Positions 8,498 to 11,254 of a DNA stretch of 11,254 nt are shown in pieces. How positions within the stretch are numbered: the first letter of the stretch is position 1; the number at the start of each line of letters is the position of its first letter. The stretch is from an uncultured bacterium (GTDB lineage: Bacteria > CSSED10-310 > CAZUFC01): the NCBI GenBank assembly GCA_964619725.1, contig CAZUFC010000003.1, positions 38,409 to 49,662 on the forward strand, in the 5' to 3' direction. The position numbers were made by a program, and so were the translations under genes. The notes beneath the pieces are model-generated. The model had not been told where the DNA came from, ran no database searches, and saw only the letters and a program-made list of their open reading frames with translations.

Positions 8498-9829
8498 TTA
8501 TTTCGTTATTCCCTTGAAAAGTTTTGAGAATATGAAGCCCTGACCGAATGCCGGAGCAGAACTTGGCGGAGTGGTAGGCGTGGGAGCCGCGCCCCCGTCG
8601 TATCCGAACTCACAATATTCATAATCGAAGAGATGGGAACCGTTTTGATTCATAACTGCGCTCCAGAAAAGAATGCCGTTTGCGGCGCCGGAGCCTGCAG
8701 GCCAGTTGAATTGTAGTATGTTTTCGCTGTGATAGTTCCATTCGTAAAGGTTTCGGAGGGCTTTATCCAGATTCTGGGTCCAACCGGGCCAGAAGAAATA
8801 TTGGCCATAAACGTCCAGCATAACATACAAATCGACGGTTTTTGCCGGTCCCTGATTATACATTCCCACGGAAAGCATGAATTGATCGCCAGACCTGTAA
8901 AAAGTCCGATTCGTCGATAATTCGAGGTCGACATCGCCCATATTTTGCGGAGTATAATAGGATACGCTGGGAGATTCTCCTATCCGACATGTTCCGTATC
9001 TCATGTAGGCGTATCCGCTTTCGCCCCAGTAAGTCCCCCAACTGTTTTTAACGATCCAGACGCCTCCGCCCACCGAGTCGTCATATCCTACGATTAATAC
9101 GCCGTGGTTGACGGCTGCCGTGCCTCCGGGATGATTATACACTCCGCCTGTGTAATACCGGAAATCATCGTAAACCGTCATGCCGACCGGTACCGGACCG
9201 TTCACCAGGGCCGCTTTTATGGATTCTACGCTGGAATTGATCCAGTTCCAGGAGTCTAATCGCACTATAGTTTCGCAGGAGCCCTGATTGCAAGGCGTAC
9301 CGGCCTGCGCCGTATAAGGCATGCAGGATTCTGCTATACAGCCGGGCCATATCATGTGATCCTGGATATCAAACCAGCCTCCGCTGCAGTCGTAACCGTA
9401 AGTATTGCATGATAGTAGCTGCTGCTCCGACAAATCCGGAGTCCATCCTTCGTTGATCATTATCAGAGATTCAAGCCTGGCCAGGGTCGCAAATGCCCAG
9501 CATGAACCGCAAGTCGATTGGTTTTTTACTGGAGAAACACCGCCGCTGTCCCTCCAGTCAAACCTGGAAGGAAAAGACATCGTTTTATGAGTTTCATCCA
9601 TCGGCGGTTCTACATAATCGTCCGGTTTGCGCAGAGTCAGCCGCTTTTTGAATTCATTGAAGGGTATGTTCGATACGGACGTTTCACCCGCCTGCCATTT
9701 CAAATTATTTTCCTTGATATAACGACGAACTTCAGCCAGACCGGAATCGACCTCTTCGCAGAATACCGGCGCAACAGTCCAAAATAGAATAAACGACGCC
9801 GCAGACAAAACTGATAGGATTTTTTTCAT
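8498..9829 (-). CDS. Secreted papain-family (C1A) cysteine protease with C-terminal accessory domain
   Basis: Signal peptide MKKILSVLSAASFILFWTVAPVFC, propeptide containing WQAGET, and PSRFDWR. Catalytic motifs NQSTCGSCWAF (oxyanion Gln and Cys), NHGVLIVGY (His) and WIVKNSWG (Asn), plus LSEQQLLSC. RBS GGAGGA. Confidence 0.94.
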   Translation of the reverse strand: MKKILSVLSAASFILFWTVAPVFCEEVDSGLAEVRRYIKENNLKWQAGETSVSNIPFNEFKKRLTLRKPDDYVEPPMDETHKTMSFPSRFDWRDSGGVSPVKNQSTCGSCWAFATLARLESLIMINEGWTPDLSEQQLLSCNTYGYDCSGGWFDIQDHMIWPGCIAESCMPYTAQAGTPCNQGSCETIVRLDSWNWINSSVESIKAALVNGPVPVGMTVYDDFRYYTGGVYNHPGGTAAVNHGVLIVGYDDSVGGGVWIVKNSWGTYWGESGYAYMRYGTCRIGESPSVSYYTPQNMGDVDLELSTNRTFYRSGDQFMLSVGMYNQGPAKTVDLYVMLDVYGQYFFWPGWTQNLDKALRNLYEWNYHSENILQFNWPAGSGAANGILFWSAVMNQNGSHLFDYEYCEFGYDGGAAPTPTTPPSSAPAFGQGFIFSKLFKGITK

Positions 9830-9883
9830 TTTTATCCTCCGTTGTAACCTTGAAACCTACAACAGGTCCCCACCCAATTTCAC

Positions 9884-9911
9884 ATTTTACGATAAAACCA
9901 TAAAAAAGCAA
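9884..9911 (-). promoter_or_regulatory. Possible sigma70 promoter for protease-mobB
   Basis: Minus strand TTGCTT (9911-9906), 16 nt spacer, TAAAAT (9889-9884). Confidence 0.35.
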
Positions 9912-10412
9912 AACTAATCCGTAAAAATGCGTATCCGTATTTGAGGCCGTGCATCACTTACGAATCCTTTCTGACCGATACATGTGAAAGGGAAATGACG
10001 TCAATTCGCTAATAAAGTCATCTTTTTTTCTGGATTGACGGAATTCCTGATATGCGCCGGCGGCGGTATAGAAACGATCAAAACAAGGACGGCGAAAAAG
10101 ATGAAAGGCGGCGGTGAATTTATCCTCGCGCGCCTGTCCTTAAATTCGACTCCAGATTCAAAATTCGATGAAGCAGATGCTTTGCGGTTTCCGATCCATC
10201 CCGCGCCGCGCCGATAAAATTTTTATCAAGGCAATGTGAGCAGGGTTTTACGAAGAAGTCGTATAGGTTAAACGTTGACTGAAAAAATTCGCAGGCTAAC
10301 TCAGTCTTGAGGGAAATTCACCGTTTGCAGACAGAAACTCGTGAAGTACGCCCGGGTCGTAAGGTTCCCTGGAGAAATCGACATCTTTTGAAATATCACA
10401 AGAAACGCTTTT

Positions 10413-10440
10413 TTGACATAGCGGTTTAAATTCTTATATT
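10413..10440 (+). promoter_or_regulatory. Putative sigma70 promoter of the second fibre gene
   Basis: TTGACA (10413-10418), 16 nt spacer, TATATT (10435-10440), about 63 nt before the ATG. Confidence 0.6.
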
Positions 10441-10503
10441 TGTAATCAGTTAACCCGTAAAGGGGAAAATTTTCTTTTTTTTATCATGGAGGAGGAAAAA
10501 AGT

Positions 10504-11254
10504 ATGAATCGACATGTATTAGGGTTTCTGGCGACAATAGGCTTATTAGCTTCAATCTCTGTTTCGTGGGCGGACATACCTCATCAAATTAACTATCAGG
10601 GATATCTGACGGATTCTGAAGGAGCGCCGCTGAACGGATCGTACACATTCGAATTCTGCATATACGCCAGTTCGGCAAGTGCAGAAGAATTGTGGTGTGA
10701 AACCTATTTCGGTTTGAATGTCGAACAGGGATTATTTCATGTTTTATTAGGGACAGGTTCGCCGGTAGATTTGGAATTCGATGAGACTTACTGGCTGGAG
10801 GTAACTGTGGAGGGTGAAGTTCTATTGCCTCGACAACAAATTACGAGTATCGGTCAGGCGATCAATGCAGAAAACGCTGAGGATGTATACGACCGGGACA
10901 TAAATCCTCGAAGCGTGTCAATATCAGAATACGGAGCTGTCATTGATGCTTCCGGGCAATGGATAGGAGACCCCACGGGTTTGACTGGACCGACGGGCCC
11001 TCAAGGCGATACAGGTTCGACAGGTCCTCAGGGCGACACGGGCCCGCGGGGTCCTCAAGGCGATACGGGCTCGCCGGGTCCCCAAGGTGTTACTGGTTTG
11101 ACAGGTCCCCAGGGCGACACGGGCTCGCTGGGTCCTCAAGGCGATACGGGTCCGCTGGGTCCCCAAGGTGTTACTGGTTTGACAGGTCCTCAGGGCGACA
11201 CGGGTCCGCTGGGTCCCCAAGGTGTTACTGGTTTGACAGGTCCTCAGGGCGACA
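10504..11254 (+). CDS. Secreted collagen-like fibre protein, 3'-truncated (signal peptide + INYQG domain + collagen)
   Basis: RBS GGAGGAGG, then [56 protein letters not shown]...LWCET...[12 protein letters not shown]...[20 protein letters not shown]...; G-X-Y runs from 10978 to the edge with no stop, which is probably why the ORF track omits it. Confidence 0.92.
   Translation, partial: MNRHVLGFLATIGLLASISVSWADIPHQINYQGYLTDSEGAPLNGSYTFEFCIYASSASAEELWCETYFGLNVEQGLFHVLLGTGSPVDLEFDETYWLEVTVEGEVLLPRQQITSIGQAINAENAEDVYDRDINPRSVSISEYGAVIDASGQWIGDPTGLTGPTGPQGDTGSTGPQGDTGPRGPQGDTGSPGPQGVTGLTGPQGDTGSLGPQGDTGPLGPQGVTGLTGPQGDTGPLGPQGVTGLTGPQGD
10978..11254 (+). repeat. Collagen Gly-X-Y tract (at least 30 triplets) with an exact 54-bp tandem duplication
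   Basis: [12 protein letters not shown] ...; 11146-11199 and 11200-11253 are identical copies encoding (T)[17 protein letters not shown]. Confidence 0.93.

Noticed and set aside
9955..10221. 60-aa plus ORF (10035-10217) and an antisense open frame containing hydrophobic FIFFAVLVLIVSI
   Set aside because: The plus ORF has a TTG start with no convincing RBS, and the minus frame has no start codon upstream of the hydrophobic stretch.
10924..11220. 98-aa minus-strand ORF
   Set aside because: Antisense shadow of the collagen repeat in the real plus-strand gene.
1..11254. Circular element in which both ends belong to one gene
   Set aside because: There is no terminal sequence overlap, the repeat dialects differ, the cargo is housekeeping, and there is no rep or integrase gene. 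It cannot be fully excluded without reads.

Overview
Bacterial chromosomal window, bounded at both ends by truncated, same-strand genes for collagen-like (Gly-X-Y) fibre proteins. The left gene (<1..1630) gives the C-terminal half: collagen tracts, VGIGT fibre modules and a Cys-rich tip. The right gene (10504..>11254, missing from the ORF track) gives an N-terminal half: signal peptide, 'INYQG' domain and the start of a collagen tract. Between them lie a stand-alone murE, rpiA, a roughly 790 bp low-coding gap holding an inverted-repeat-bracketed (ATCGNN)9 array, an orphan beta-rich hypothetical, a YyaL/SPATA20-type thioredoxin-domain protein, mobB, and a secreted papain-family (C1A) protease with an accessory C-terminal domain. 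No rRNA, tRNA, CRISPR array, integrase or transposase was recognised. The best candidates for something undescribed are a paralogous modular collagen-fibre family with possibly exchangeable tips, the bracketed hexamer element, and two foldable segments in the 9830-10503 intergenic region. All assignments come from reading motifs by eye; no searches were run.
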